DNA of 64,000 nucleotides from Octopus sinensis (GCF_006345805.1 NW_021831859.1:87-64086), one strand, 5' to 3'; numbered from the stretch's first letter, positions 38,312 to 51,145 are shown. Notes: generated by a model not told the origin, from the letters alone. Numbers and translations: made by a program.

Positions 38312-39179
38312 TGAGGGAGTACCCTAAAGAAACCAGAATTTTGCAATATTATTTTATCCCCTTAGTTTTGCATGTTTACACTTTTATCACCTTCAAAGTA
38401 TTCTCCATTTGAAGCAATGCATCGGTCGAGACACGTTCTCCACTGTTTAAAGCAGTGCTGGGGTTCTTGCCAAGTGATCTCGTTTTTTTCCTTCACCTCT
38501 TCCACATCTGCAAATTCCGTAGCACCAGCTTTCATCACCAGTGATGACCTTCGAATCAAAAGTCCAGATCAACGTCCAGCTATTCTTTCAGTCCTTGACA
38601 TGCATTCACTCGTGACTGCTTTTGATCTTCCATGACCAAACAAGGCACAATTTTGCTGCAACTCTTTTCATCCGTAATTCCTCACTCAAAATTCGTTGGC
38701 AGGAGCACCAAGACACACCAGTCATACCAACAAGTCTGTCAATTGTTTGGTGACGGTCCTCCAAGACCACTTCGTGAATTTTCCTGTATTCATTCCTTTG
38801 GGAGTTTGATGGTTTCCCTGAACGAGGTTGGTCTTCAAGCGACAAGTGACCATTCCTCGTAAACGTGTTTTGATCATGGCAGCATCCTTTTAAGCTATAA
38901 GAAGCATGACAACTGTTTTGGCCACCGTTTTCCGCAGCAGAAAACAGAATTTCATGGAAGCACACTTTTCTTCATTTCAGCCATCGCAAAACTCAGCGAA
39001 CAAAGGAGAAGCAACACAAAACAAATACGCACCATGTGTCAGTACAACTGCACTTGACAATGCTGGTCTGCAGCCTGATGCCTGAGGTTTGCATCAAGTG
39101 GTTTCTAGCAACAGAAGCCTGAACTACAATGGGCTTGTCCCACAGAAAACATTTCACGTGACTTTAGGGCGCCCCTTCA
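38312..39179 (-). mobile_element. Internally deleted mariner element (transposase pseudogene)
   Basis: Peptides LEDQPRSGKPS..RILSEELRMKRVAAK and CFKQW..RCIASNGEYFEGD; degenerate TIRs TGAGGG..CCCTAAAG; TA flanks. Confidence 0.85.
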
Positions 39180-39319
39180 TATATTTGTGCATAACTGCTT
39201 CTGTGTATTTATATATTTGTTTTGCAAGATTCTTGATGTGAAATCATGTGTTGAAACAGATGTTTGTTGTATTTAGGAATGGTCATGTTGCCAGTTTAGC
39301 CAATAAACTCTGGCCAAAA

Positions 39320-39865
39320 TCATCATCATCATCATTTAACGTCTGCTTTCCATGCTGGCATGGGTTGGATGGTTCAACTGGGGTCTGGGAAGCCCGAAGG
39401 CTGCACCAGGCTCCAGTCTGATCTGGCAGTGTTTCTACGGCTGGATGCCCTTCCTAACGCCAACCACTCCGTGAGTGTAGTGGGTGCTTTTTACGTGCCG
39501 CCGGCACAGGTGCCAGGGGAGTCTGGCATCGGCCACGATCGGTTGGTGCTTTTAACATGCCACCGGCACGAAAGCCAGTCAAGGCGGCGCTGTCATCGGC
39601 CACGTTCGGATGGTGCTTTTTGTGTGCCATCGGCACAGAAGCCAGTCAAGGCGGCTCTGGCATCGGCCACGTTCAGATGGTGCATTTTATGTGCCACCGG
39701 CACAGAAGCCAGTCGAGGCGGCGCTGGCATCGGCCACGTTCGGATGGTGCTTTTTATGTGCCACCAGCACAGAAGCCAGTCGAGGTGGCACTGGCATCGG
39801 CCACGTTCGGATGGTGCTTTTTATATGCCACCGGCACAGAAGCCAGTCGAGGCGGCGCTGGCATC
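39320..39865 (-). mobile_element. RTE 3-prime UTR copy with five tandem 67-nt units
   Basis: Units start at 39531, 39598, 39665, 39732, 39799. Confidence 0.85.
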
Positions 39866-40613
39866 TAATGTAAAAAATAAATAAAGCTGATGCAAATGAA
39901 CACCAAATATACAGTGCATGTGTTTTTATTGGCTAAACTGGCAACATGACCACCCCCAAATACAACAGTGTTTGTGTGTATTTTGGTATGTAGCTGTATG
40001 TTAGTGCGCATAAATCTATCTGCGTCGTATAATTGCCTGTATATGTAATTTGCGTTGTTACTGCATGCGTATTTGCCTGTTGCCGAAGATAAGAGGGCAT
40101 TGTTGTTGTTGTTGTCATTGATGTCGTTTTAGATACCTGCTTAATCTTTAAATCAATTGATTCCACAGCTTCCGACGACGATCCTATTGACCTAATTATG
40201 GCTCTAACCAATCAACTGTTAATTACAAGCAACACCTCATTGTCAGTGTGGTGATTGGGTAGGGTGCAAGGACACACGTGGGTGTGCGGGCAGGGCCTTT
40301 AAAAAGTGGCTGCATGCACCTGAGGCATGGCTCATCATCAGACAAGCCACGCTACTAAAAATAAAAGTGAAAGTAAATTTTTCTTTAGGCATGCCCTTCA
40401 AAAGCTCCCAGGGGCCACAGTTTGCTTATGACTGGTGTCAGGTATATATCGTATGTGCGGTGATTGTGCAAAATATGTGTTGGCTTAGATTTTACGTAGA
40501 AAATATACTGCATCAATTATTTTTACTATTCAAATTAATATCATCATCATCATCATTGTCATTTTCGTTATTATTATTATCATCATCGTTATTTTTGTTA
40601 CTATCATAATTAG

Positions 40614-40649
<36 letters not shown>

Positions 40650-40749
40650 CATTATTTATGGGTTTTTCTTCTTTCAAATTTGCTTCCATTTCTTGCCGAG
40701 TGTCTTCCCGACTCCTAGGGCAAAGAAACTCTATTATTATTATTATTAG

Positions 40750-40780
<31 letters not shown>

Positions 40781-40890
40781 GTTGTTGTTATTATTATCAT
40801 TGTTGTTGTTGTTATCATTATTGTCATCGTCATTATTGCAATGAAATATTTATATTTATGTTTATTTGTTTTGTTTTTGTTTTTTTCCAG

Positions 40891-41150
40891 AACCAGCAAA
40901 TCCAGGATAAACCTCCAAAAACCATTATTTATCTCAGTTATCCAAGATATTTACTGTTGCTGTTGTTGTTGTTGTTCCTTTGAATCTCAACTCAAGTCGG
41001 TTAATTAACTGACAGAGATAATGTATCATAAATAATCCTTAATCTTTAATCTCTTTAAAACCACGTCACAGAACAAGTATTATTTCCTTAATCCGTGTAG
41101 TAAAGATATCCTGTAAGGTTTGTTAGTAAATAGTTATTGCTTGAAAGTGT
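40891..41150 (+). other. IDH3G: Candidate terminal 3-prime UTR exon of IDH3G (end not defined)
   Basis: Very strong polypyrimidine acceptor ttttgtttttgtttttttccAG followed by unique sequence; no poly(A) site assigned. Confidence 0.35.
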
Positions 41151-42013
41151 AAGCGTGGCTGAGTGGTTTAGGATGCTTGCTTTCCAACCATGTGGCTACA
41201 GGTTCAGTCCCACTATGCACCCCGGACCAACCAGAGCCTTGTGAATGGATTTGGTAGATGGAAACTGAAAGAAGCCCATCATGTGTGTGTGTGTGTGTTT
41301 GTGTACCCATGTCTTGACATTAGATGATATTTGTAACTGAGCATCATCATCATCATCATCGTAAAAGCAATGCTGTTCATTTCAAATCCTCCACAAAAAT
41401 CACATTAGGCCATGGGGGTGGGGGGGGAGATATCACCTTGCCGGGGAACAGGTGAGGGTTGTTGACAGGAAGGGCATCCAGCCATGGAAAATCTTCCTCG
41501 ACAGATTCTTCCACCTGACCCAAGCAAGCATGGAAAGCGGGGGATATTAAAATGATAATGATTTAATCAGAGGTATGTCGTTAGTGAAATACTCTCGATG
41601 GTGGAATGGTTTCATTTATTAGCTGATAACGAGGAGGCTGGGTTACCGTTCTGACTACCTCCCACCCACTTCCAGAACCAATATTTTGCTGTTTTAATGA
41701 AACTTTTCCTTCTTGTTGTTTTAGTTCACATCACTTTACGTTCTGAGTTCAAGTGTCGCCAATGTCAGTGTTGTGTTTTGTCCTCCCGGGGCACAGCGTG
41801 GGGGGGAGGAAGGAGGGATTGAGGGAATATGATATTTGTTGTTAAGTACAGGGGGTCGATGTAGTCTGCTGTTTCCCCACCTACCTCCAGATTCCTAATC
41901 TCTGGGTCTGTCTTAGAAGCCATCCTTAATACTCTCCTCACATTGCTGAAAAATTTGGTTGTGCTGTGCTTTCGAATCCCACCCAGAGTGAAATGTGTGT
42001 GTGTGTATTTGTT

Positions 42014-42045
<32 letters not shown>

Positions 42046-42047
42046 CA

Positions 42048-42239
42048 CTTTATTTAAAGCAGCAGAAAATTCAACCAAACCTGTTACTCTGAGCAAAAAC
42101 TGTCCGATGAATGGCAACGGGAAACTCAGAGTAACAGGTTTGGTTGAATTTTCTGCTGCTTTAAATAAAGCATATTACTCTACCACTGGTATTTGAGTAC
42201 TCTTTTTTCCACCTTGTTTCACATTTATGTGTTTACTCC

Positions 42240-42240
<1 letters not shown>
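42048..42240 (+). mobile_element. Foldback element with hammerhead-like loop (same family as 21821-21975)
   Basis: Perfect 46-bp inverted repeat 42048-42093 / 42125-42170; 31-nt loop holds CCGAUGA...GAAA; 3-prime tail shared with the 21.8-kb copy; (TA)n flanks. Confidence 0.65.
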
Positions 42241-42284
<44 letters not shown>

Positions 42285-43207
42285 GCATATATGTATAAAT
42301 ATGAATATGTATACATATGTATGTATATATGTATACATATATCTGTGTGTGTATATATATATATATATATATCACTGTGATCACTGTGACCGAACAGGCT
42401 ATCAGATGTTGCTACACATCGCTGGTCACAATGCGCTTCACATTGTTTTAGCCTTCAAATGACGCCACCCCACTGGCTAAGCGAGCAGGCCAATATATAT
42501 ATATATATATTCATATATAAATTGTTTAATATTTTTTTAAAACCAAGACCAATATTGAAAAAATATTTAAAACATATATACCAGACAGTGTTTCACAAAA
42601 ATTATGCTACCTTAATATATATATATATATATATACACACATAAACATACATGTGTATATACCTATACATATTTATATTTATATATATAGCAGTTCGACA
42701 AAAGAGACCGATAGAATAAGCACTGGGCTTACAAAAGAATAAGTCCTGGGGTTGAGTTGCTCGATTAAAAGCGGTGCTCCAGCATGGCCACAGTCAAATG
42801 ACTGAAACAAGTAAAAGAGTATGTGTGTGTCAAATAGCTATACGCCTATCTAATAAATTCTTCTCTCTCACCATTTCCACCATATCTAGATTCTAAACTT
42901 ATACACAAGACATCATCAGGACCCTGCATATAGACAAAAGGGTCCTCACTAGATGCCGCTTGAGTGCAATATCAGCGCTCCAACATAGAATATTTGGATG
43001 ACCTCTCTCACACTTTTTTTTTTGTTAGAAGCGTTCATGTTGTTGTTGTTGTTGTTGTTGACACTAACGACCTGCGGATGTTTTGTTGTTTCTTTTGTTT
43101 TTTAATTAAATGATAATAAATTATTAAAGAAACATTTCACGCTTTGTTCTCTGTTGTTGTTTTTTTTGTTTGTTTTTTGATGGGGGTGTTGTTTTTTTGT
43201 AAATATT

Positions 43208-43605
43208 CGAAGGAGTGGCTGTGTGGTAAGTAGCTTGTTTACCAACCACATGGTTCCGGGTTCAGTCCCACTGCGTGGCACTTTGGGCAAGTATCTTCTA
43301 CTATAACCTCGGGCCGACCAAAGCCTTGTGAGTGGATTTGGTAGACGGAAACTGAAAGAAGCCCGTCGTATATATGTATATATATATATATATATACGTG
43401 TGTGTCAGTGTGTTTGTCCCCCTAGCATTGCTTGACAACCGATGCTGGTGTGTTTACGTCCCCGTCACTTAGCGGTTCGGCATAAGAGACCGATAGAATA
43501 AGTACTGGGCTTACAAAAGAATAAGTCCCGGGGTCGAGTTGCTCAATTAAAGGCGGTGCTCCAGCATGGCCGCAGTCAAATGACTGAAACAAGTAAAAGA
43601 GAGAA
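43208..43605 (+). mobile_element. Composite SINE copy
   Basis: Same family as 2435-2836. Confidence 0.8.
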
Positions 43606-43911
43606 AAGAGAATGCATGGGTTTGTACTTAAGAAACTCAATTTGCAACCATATGGTTTCAGGTTCAGTCCCACTCTATGGCACCTTGAGCTGTATTATAT
43701 TCTTCTATTTCTTTTATTTGTTTCAGGCATTTTGATCGCGGCCATGCTGGAGCACCACCTTTAGTTGAACAAATTGACACCAAGACTTATTCTTTGTAAG
43801 CTTAGTATTTATTCTCTAGGTCTCTTTTTGCCGAAGCGCTAAGTTTCGAGGATGTAAACACACCAACATCGGTTGTCAAGTGATGGTGGAGGGACAAACA
43901 CAGACACACAA

Positions 43912-45225
43912 GTCTTGTGTATAAGTTTAGACAAATTTAACACGCCTTCAGGTAGATGGCCCTGCTCGATCTGTAGAAAAGGCATAGGTAGGAACTCTAT
44001 AAGATGCACCAAGTGTAAGCTATGGACACATAAGAGGTGCAGCAATGTCAAAGGAAGGCTAACTAGGAAAATAGTTTTTGTATGTGGCAGATGCTCTGGT
44101 GCAACAAACACTGGAAATGCGCAGAGACCATCTTCCGTCACATTCCAGGGAGAAAAACTAGAAATAGTTGATAGTTTCCGTTACCTAGGTGACCAAGTCA
44201 GTAGCGGGGGTGGGTGTGCCGAAAGTGTAACTGCTAGAGTAAGAATAGCCTGGGCAAAGTTCAGAGAGCTCTTACCTCTGCTGGTGACAAAGGGCCTCTC
44301 GCTCAGAGTAAAAGGCAGACTGTATGACGCATGTGTACGAACAGCCATGCTACATGGCAGTGAAACATTGGCCGTGACTGCTGAGGATATGCATAAGCTT
44401 GCAAGAAATGAAGCCAGTATGCTCCGATGGATGTGTAATGTCAGTACTCATACTCGGCAGAGTGTAAGTACCTTGAGAGAAAAGTTGGACCTAAGAAGCA
44501 TCAGATGTGGTGTGCAAGAGAGGTGTCTACGCTGGTATGGACACATAGTAAGAATGGATGAAGATAGTTGTGTGAAAATGTGCCACACCCTGACGGTTGA
44601 GGGAACCTGTGGAAGAGGCAGACCCAGGAAAACCTGGGACGAGGTGGTGAAGAACGACCTTCGCTCTTTAGGTCTCACCGAGGAAATGACCAGAGACCGA
44701 GACCTTTGGAAGTATGCTGTGAGTGAGAAGACCCGGCTGGACAAGTGAGGCCATAAACCATGGCCCCTACCTGGAACATAGTCAGTGCACCTATGCTTAC
44801 CTTCCTTCTTGGGACACATAACTCTACTTGTGAAGACCTGTTGAGGCAAGTGAAAATGGACAAAATCAAAAGCAAACTGGATGAACATTAATGGAATTTG
44901 TAGTTTTGTGGTACCAGTGCCGGTGGCACATATGAAAACCATCCGAACGTGGCCGTAGCCAGTACCGCATTGACTGGCCTCCGTGCCAGTGGCACGTAAA
45001 AAACACCATCCGAGCGTGGCCATTCGCCAGCCTCGTCTGGCACCTGTGTCGGTGGCACATAAAATCACCCACTACACTCTCGGAGTGGTTGGCGTTAGGA
45101 AGGGCATCCAGCTGTAGGAACACTGCCAGATCTGAATGGCCTGGTGCAGCCTTCAGGCTTCCCAGACCCCAGTTGAACTGTCCAACCCATGCTAGCATGG
45201 AAAGCGGACGTTAAACGATGATGAT
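43912..45225 (+). mobile_element. 5-prime-truncated RTE-clade LINE: open RT C-terminal frame with PHD-like finger, 3-prime UTR and (GAT)n tail
   Basis: Frame to TGA at 44748 with C4HC3 motif, SFRYLGD, AMLHGSETL, RWYGHI-RM, GRGRPRKTW; ends GGACGTTAAACGATGATGAT. Confidence 0.9.
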
Positions 45226-45939
45226 ATGGAAACTGAAAGAAGCCCGTCGTGTGTGTATATATATATATATATATCATGTATATATATATATATATTAATG
45301 TGGTTTTAGAGTCAGATTTTGGCTGCTATTTTCAGCATGGCGGTATCTCGTAGATACCCTAAATTATAATTTTAATAATAATTTTCCATGCTGGCCACTT
45401 GATAAGATCGTTATTTGATATAAATTAACGATCTTATCCTTATTTATATATATATGCATGATGGGCTTCTTTCAGTTTCCATCTACTAAATCCACTCACA
45501 AGGCTTTGGTCAGCCTGAAGCTGTAGTAAAAGACACTTACCCAAGGTGCCATGCAGTGGGACTGAACCCTTAACTAGATGGTTGAGAAGCAAGCTTCTTA
45601 CCACACAGCCACTCCTGCAACTAAATGTATTTTCAAAATTAATTGAAATGAAGGCCAAAACATTCTTCACTGGTGCCGGTGCCACATAAAATGCACGCTG
45701 TCCACTTCGCAAAGTGGTTGGTGTTAAGGAAGGGCATACAGCTGTAAAAACCGTGCCGAAACAGACATTGGAGTTTTGTGCAATCCTCTGGCTTGCCAGC
45801 TCCTGTCAAACTGTCCAACCCATGCCAGCATGGAAAATGGATTTGAGGAGGAGGAAATGATGATGATGATGAAGAAGGCACTATACAGTATTTCATCAGA
45901 AATATCCCAGATATGATTTCGCTTTTTTTTCTCTTTTCT

Positions 45940-46457
<518 letters not shown>

Positions 46458-46984
46458 TAGATCTTTCCTTCTTGTTTACTCTTTCGGCGCCAACCAATCT
46501 GACACTGTCTGTGGCTCTTTGATACAAACTTCCTCTTCTAAAGTGATCTCTAAGTTAAAATCTTCCGTTGGAATTTCATGTTAATTCATGTTCCAAACAC
46601 CAGCTAAATAATGGCAAATTCTTCATTATTTTCAAAATCAGAACAAAGGCAGAGTATGGCGACCAAAATTTGGCATCAAAAGAGTTAAAGAAATCAAAAT
46701 TAAAACCTTCTGTCAAAATTCCTTAATTTATTTCTGAAATACCAACTTCATAATAAGTTATAAATTAGAAGAAAGGCAGAGTATTTCAAGAGAAATATGG
46801 TAACAAAAGGGTTAAATCACTTGTTAAGGTTATCCCTACGGATTCTCTTTAGAAATTATAACCAGCACTGGTTTTCTATTATGATGTTTCGTACCCAAGA
46901 TGTCTGATGTGAAGAAACAGTGAGACCAAAGATGAAAATGGGTAACGGGCATATCCGCAATATTTTGGGAGTTTCTACTCATTC

Positions 46985-47270
46985 ATCAGCACCCATAACT
47001 CATCAATCATCATCACCTGTCTAACTCATTTATTATCATCACTCATCTAACTCATTAATCACCATCACCCATTTAACTCATTAATCATCAGTACCCATCT
47101 AACTCATTAATCATCATCACCCATCTAACTCATTAATCATCAGTACCTATCTAACTCATTTATCATCAGCACCCATTTAACTCATTAATCTCAGCACCCA
47201 TCTAACTCATTAATCATCATCACTCATCTAACTCATTAATCATCATCACCCATCCAATCCATTAATCATC
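46985..47270. repeat. 26-bp minisatellite, about 10 units
   Basis: Unit CATCACCCATCTAACTCATTAATCAT with variant CAGTACC.. Confidence 0.85.
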
Positions 47271-47284
47271 CAGGAACTCATTCT

Positions 47285-47513
47285 TTAACCCTTTAGTATT
47301 TAAACCGGCCATATCCGGCCAAAATAGTTAATCTGTTTTATGTTCAAACTGACCAGATCCAGGCTCTCACACCTACCCTACAATGTTATTCTACATTAAG
47401 TAATTACACCATCAAGATCTTGAAGATATGAGATAATGCATGATTAATTCAAATCAATGGGAATCAATAGGCATTATGTTTGATAGAATAATCTTAACCT
47501 AATAAAGGGTTAA
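47285..47513. mobile_element. piggyBac-type MITE family F
   Basis: TTAACCCTTT..AAAGGGTTAA. Confidence 0.75.
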
Positions 47514-47649
47514 ACAGCCACTAAATACAGCGGTGTAGCTTTATTGGATGTACCAGTTTTACATATGAAACACATTCCTGGAAGCTGGTTCGTAAATATT
47601 AATGACCTGTAGGGACATAGTAGAGATGACCTTAACAAGTGATTTAATA

Positions 47650-48585
47650 GCACTGCCTACACTGACACCTGTGCAAGTAGCATGTAAAAAGCACCATTTG
47701 AGCATGGCCAAAGTCCAGTGCCAGTGACAGGTAGTAAGCACCATTCGAATGTGGCCGATGTGAGTGCCGCTTGACAGGCACCCATGCCGGTGGCATGTAA
47801 AAAGCACCATTCAAGCATGGCCAGTGCTGCTTGACTAGCACCTGTTCCAGTGGCATGTAAAAAGCACCCACTACACTCTCGGAGTGGTTGGCATTAGGAA
47901 GGGCATCCAGCTGTAGAAACCTTGCCAAATCAGATTGGAGCCTGGTGCAGCCTCCTGGCCTGCCAGTTCTCAGTCGAACCATCCAACCCATGCCAGCATG
48001 GGAAGCAGACATTAAACGATGATGATGAACACAGTTGAACGTGGTATTAACTTATAAAAACATTTAATATACTCTGAATTATGTTAGGGTTGCATAACAA
48101 AATACCAATTGTGTCTACAAGTCACTGAAAGGACTAAAGTGATCTAAATTTAAGCCTTCCATCAAAATTCCATTCCAAGTCTGAAATACCAGCTTAAATA
48201 ATAAGTTATTGTGCTGAGTTCATTATTTTCTAAATTAATCAGATGAAAAGCAGTGTATTTCAGCAGAAAAATGGCAACAAAGGGATTAAAATGATACATC
48301 AACATCAAAATAAGAATCAAATGGAAATTGTAGTTGTGATACCTGTGCCGGTGGCACGTAAAATGTACCATCTGAACGTGGTCGATGCCAGCGCCACCTT
48401 GACTGGCTTCCGTGCCGGGGACACGTAAAAGCACCCACTACACTCACGGAGTTAGGAAGGACATCCAGCTGTAGAAACACTGCCAGATCAGACTGGAGCC
48501 TGGTGCAGCCTCCTGGCTTCCCAGACCCCGGTTGAACCATCCAACTTGTGCTAGAGCAGAAAACGGACATTAAACGATGATGAAT
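47650..48585 (+). mobile_element. Two RTE 3-prime UTR copies
   Basis: About 47650-48030 and 48300-48585. Confidence 0.7.
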
Positions 48586-48874
48586 TGAAATCTTACGTGA
48601 AAATTTCATCTTAATTGATATTCCAAACTCCAGCTTAATATAATCCTTTGTACTAAAGGCACGAGGCCTGAAATTTTGTTTTTCATCCCTTACGTAAGAC
48701 TAAATACTGCTAAGCATTTTGTCCAACGTATTAATGATTCTGCCTGGTCCCTGGCTTAACCCTTCTGCATTCAGATTATTTTGTCGAATATAATCCTTAT
48801 TTATTCCCTTTGTTTTGAGTTAATCCTGCATTAACTCATAGCTTCCAAATTTCGATTACGTTTTCTTTTACCCT

Positions 48875-49071
48875 TTTATTTGTTTCAGTCATTTGAATGC
48901 GGCCATACTGGAGCACCGTCTTTAGTCGAGCAAATCGACACCGGGACTTATTCTTTGTAAGCTTAGTACTTATTCTATTGGGCTATTTTGCCGAACTGCT
49001 AAGTTACGGGACATAAACACACCAACATCAGTTATCAAGCGATGGTGGGGGAGACACAGACAGACACACAA

Positions 49072-49106
<35 letters not shown>

Positions 49107-49265
49107 ACAGGCTTCTTTCAGTTTCCATCTACCAAATCCGCCTACAAAGCTTTGGTCGACCCAAGGCTATAGTAGAAGATACTTGTCCAAGGTGCCACAC
49201 GGTGGGACTGAACCTGGAACCATGTGGTTGGGAAGCAAGCTACTTACAACACAGCTACTACTGTG
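48875..49265 (-). mobile_element. Composite SINE copy
   Basis: Same family as 2435-2836. Confidence 0.75.
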
Positions 49266-49434
49266 CCTATGCCCACAGCCTCTGACATTGTAGGCTAGGT
49301 GCAAGAGGTTGAATATGGTCAGTGTACATAAAACAGGTAGAATATTTACTAAATTCTTCATTTTTTTTCAAAATTATTCAAAACAAATGCAGTATATTTC
49401 AGTCGTTAAGTAACGAAGGTGCATGGCCAATTAT

Positions 49435-49622
49435 TTAGGGTTAGTTAGTTAGTTAGTTAATTTGGCTCAAAAGCAAATAGCAAGGCTATGTAGGGGGACA
49501 TGGAGTTAAGTACAGGGTGGTGTTCATGTAAAGAGTTCAGGCCACTTGAGGTCCAGGGAGGCTTTGAACAAAGCGGTCGTCGGCATCTTCACCATCTCGT
49601 CTGGCAGCTTGTTCCACGGATC
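49435..49622 (-). mobile_element. CR1/L2-type LINE 3-prime end inserted into a SINE
   Basis: PWNKLPDEMVKMPTTALFKASLDLKWPELFT* then a UTR and (TAAC)n tail. Confidence 0.75.
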
Positions 49623-50159
49623 CTGGGCCAGGCAGTATGTTGTGTTCTTAAGCAAGTCTCTTCATTCCGTGTTGCTTTAGTCTCTTCTGCTAACAATGAA
49701 CACCAATGGTAGCTAGAGATTAACTTTTCGATAGACTGGCTTCCTATCCAGGGATGCGAGTTGTCTTGACCATTCAGCTGTTTAAACGTCTTGGAACCTC
49801 ATATAGGCTCCAGCCTAAAGGCCCTCTTTTGCTCCTGGCAGATTTTAAATTTAACTTTATAATTAAGCCTGTTAGCTCCCACTTGACTATTTGCTCACCA
49901 TGCAGATGAGGGCTCTGGGAAAAGTTCATCTGCTCCTTAAATCTCACCTGCTTCTGTACAAATCTACTTTGAGGAACTATTTCTAAGATTGGCCAATAGT
50001 TCCTGGGACCACCAACAGGTTTTCAATGGTTGTCCCCTGATATTTGTGGGTCTCCGGGGTTGGGGGGGGAGTGAATTTTGGATTTTGAATTAAAACTGCA
50101 GAGATTTTACACTAAATGCTGTAAAGATTTGGTTCCAGGCTCAACTATTCCCTCTACAC

Positions 50160-51145
50160 TACAACCACAACTACCCCCTTTACTACTATTACTACAACAA
50201 CAACAACTAGTACTACAATCACCATCACTGACTATAACTGTTACTATTACTACAACTACTACTACTGTCACCATCACTTACAACTGTTACTACTACTACT
50301 ACTACAACCACCACTACTATTACTACTGCTGTTACGACTACTACTACTACTATCACCATCACTTACTACAACTGTTACTATTACTACTACTACTACAACT
50401 ACCACAATCACAACTACCACAACCATCCCCTTTACTACTACTACTATCACACTACCACCACCACCACAACTACTATTACTCCCACCACCAACACCACTAC
50501 TATTACTACTACTACTACTACCAACACCATCACTGACCACCACCACTGCAATTAAAAATTTGGGGCTGAACTTCGACCAACAGCACACACACACACATAC
50601 ACACACCATATACCCTCCCCCCACAAATTTCCCACATACCCATACACAAAATAATAATAATAATAATAATAATGGTAATAATAATAATAATGATAATAAT
50701 ATAATAATAATTATAATAATAATAATAATGGTAATAATAATAATAATGATAATAATAATGATAAAAATAATAATAATAATGATAATAATAATAATAATGG
50801 TGATAATAATAATAATGATAATGATAATAATAATAATAACAATAATAATAATAATAAAAATAATAATAATAATATTAATAATAATAATGATGATGATGAT
50901 GATGATAACAATAACAATAATAATAATAATAATAATAATAACAATAATAATAATATTAATAATAATAATAATAATAATGATGATAACAATAATAATAATA
51001 ATAATGATAATAATAATAATAATGGTAATAATAATAATAATGATAATAATAATAATAAAAATAATAATGATAATAATAATAATAATGGTGATAATAATAA
51101 TAATGATAATAATGATAATGATAATAATAATAATAACAATAATAA

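Noticed and set aside
39531-39865. CRISPR-like array
   Set aside because: Units are contiguous with no unique spacers, inside a eukaryotic LINE UTR.
42872-42923. 52-nt minus-strand AG..GT segment (GPDDVLCISLESRYGGN)
   Set aside because: No recognisable homology or linked exons; compatible with chance. Worth rechecking if the 58.6-kb candidate is expressed.
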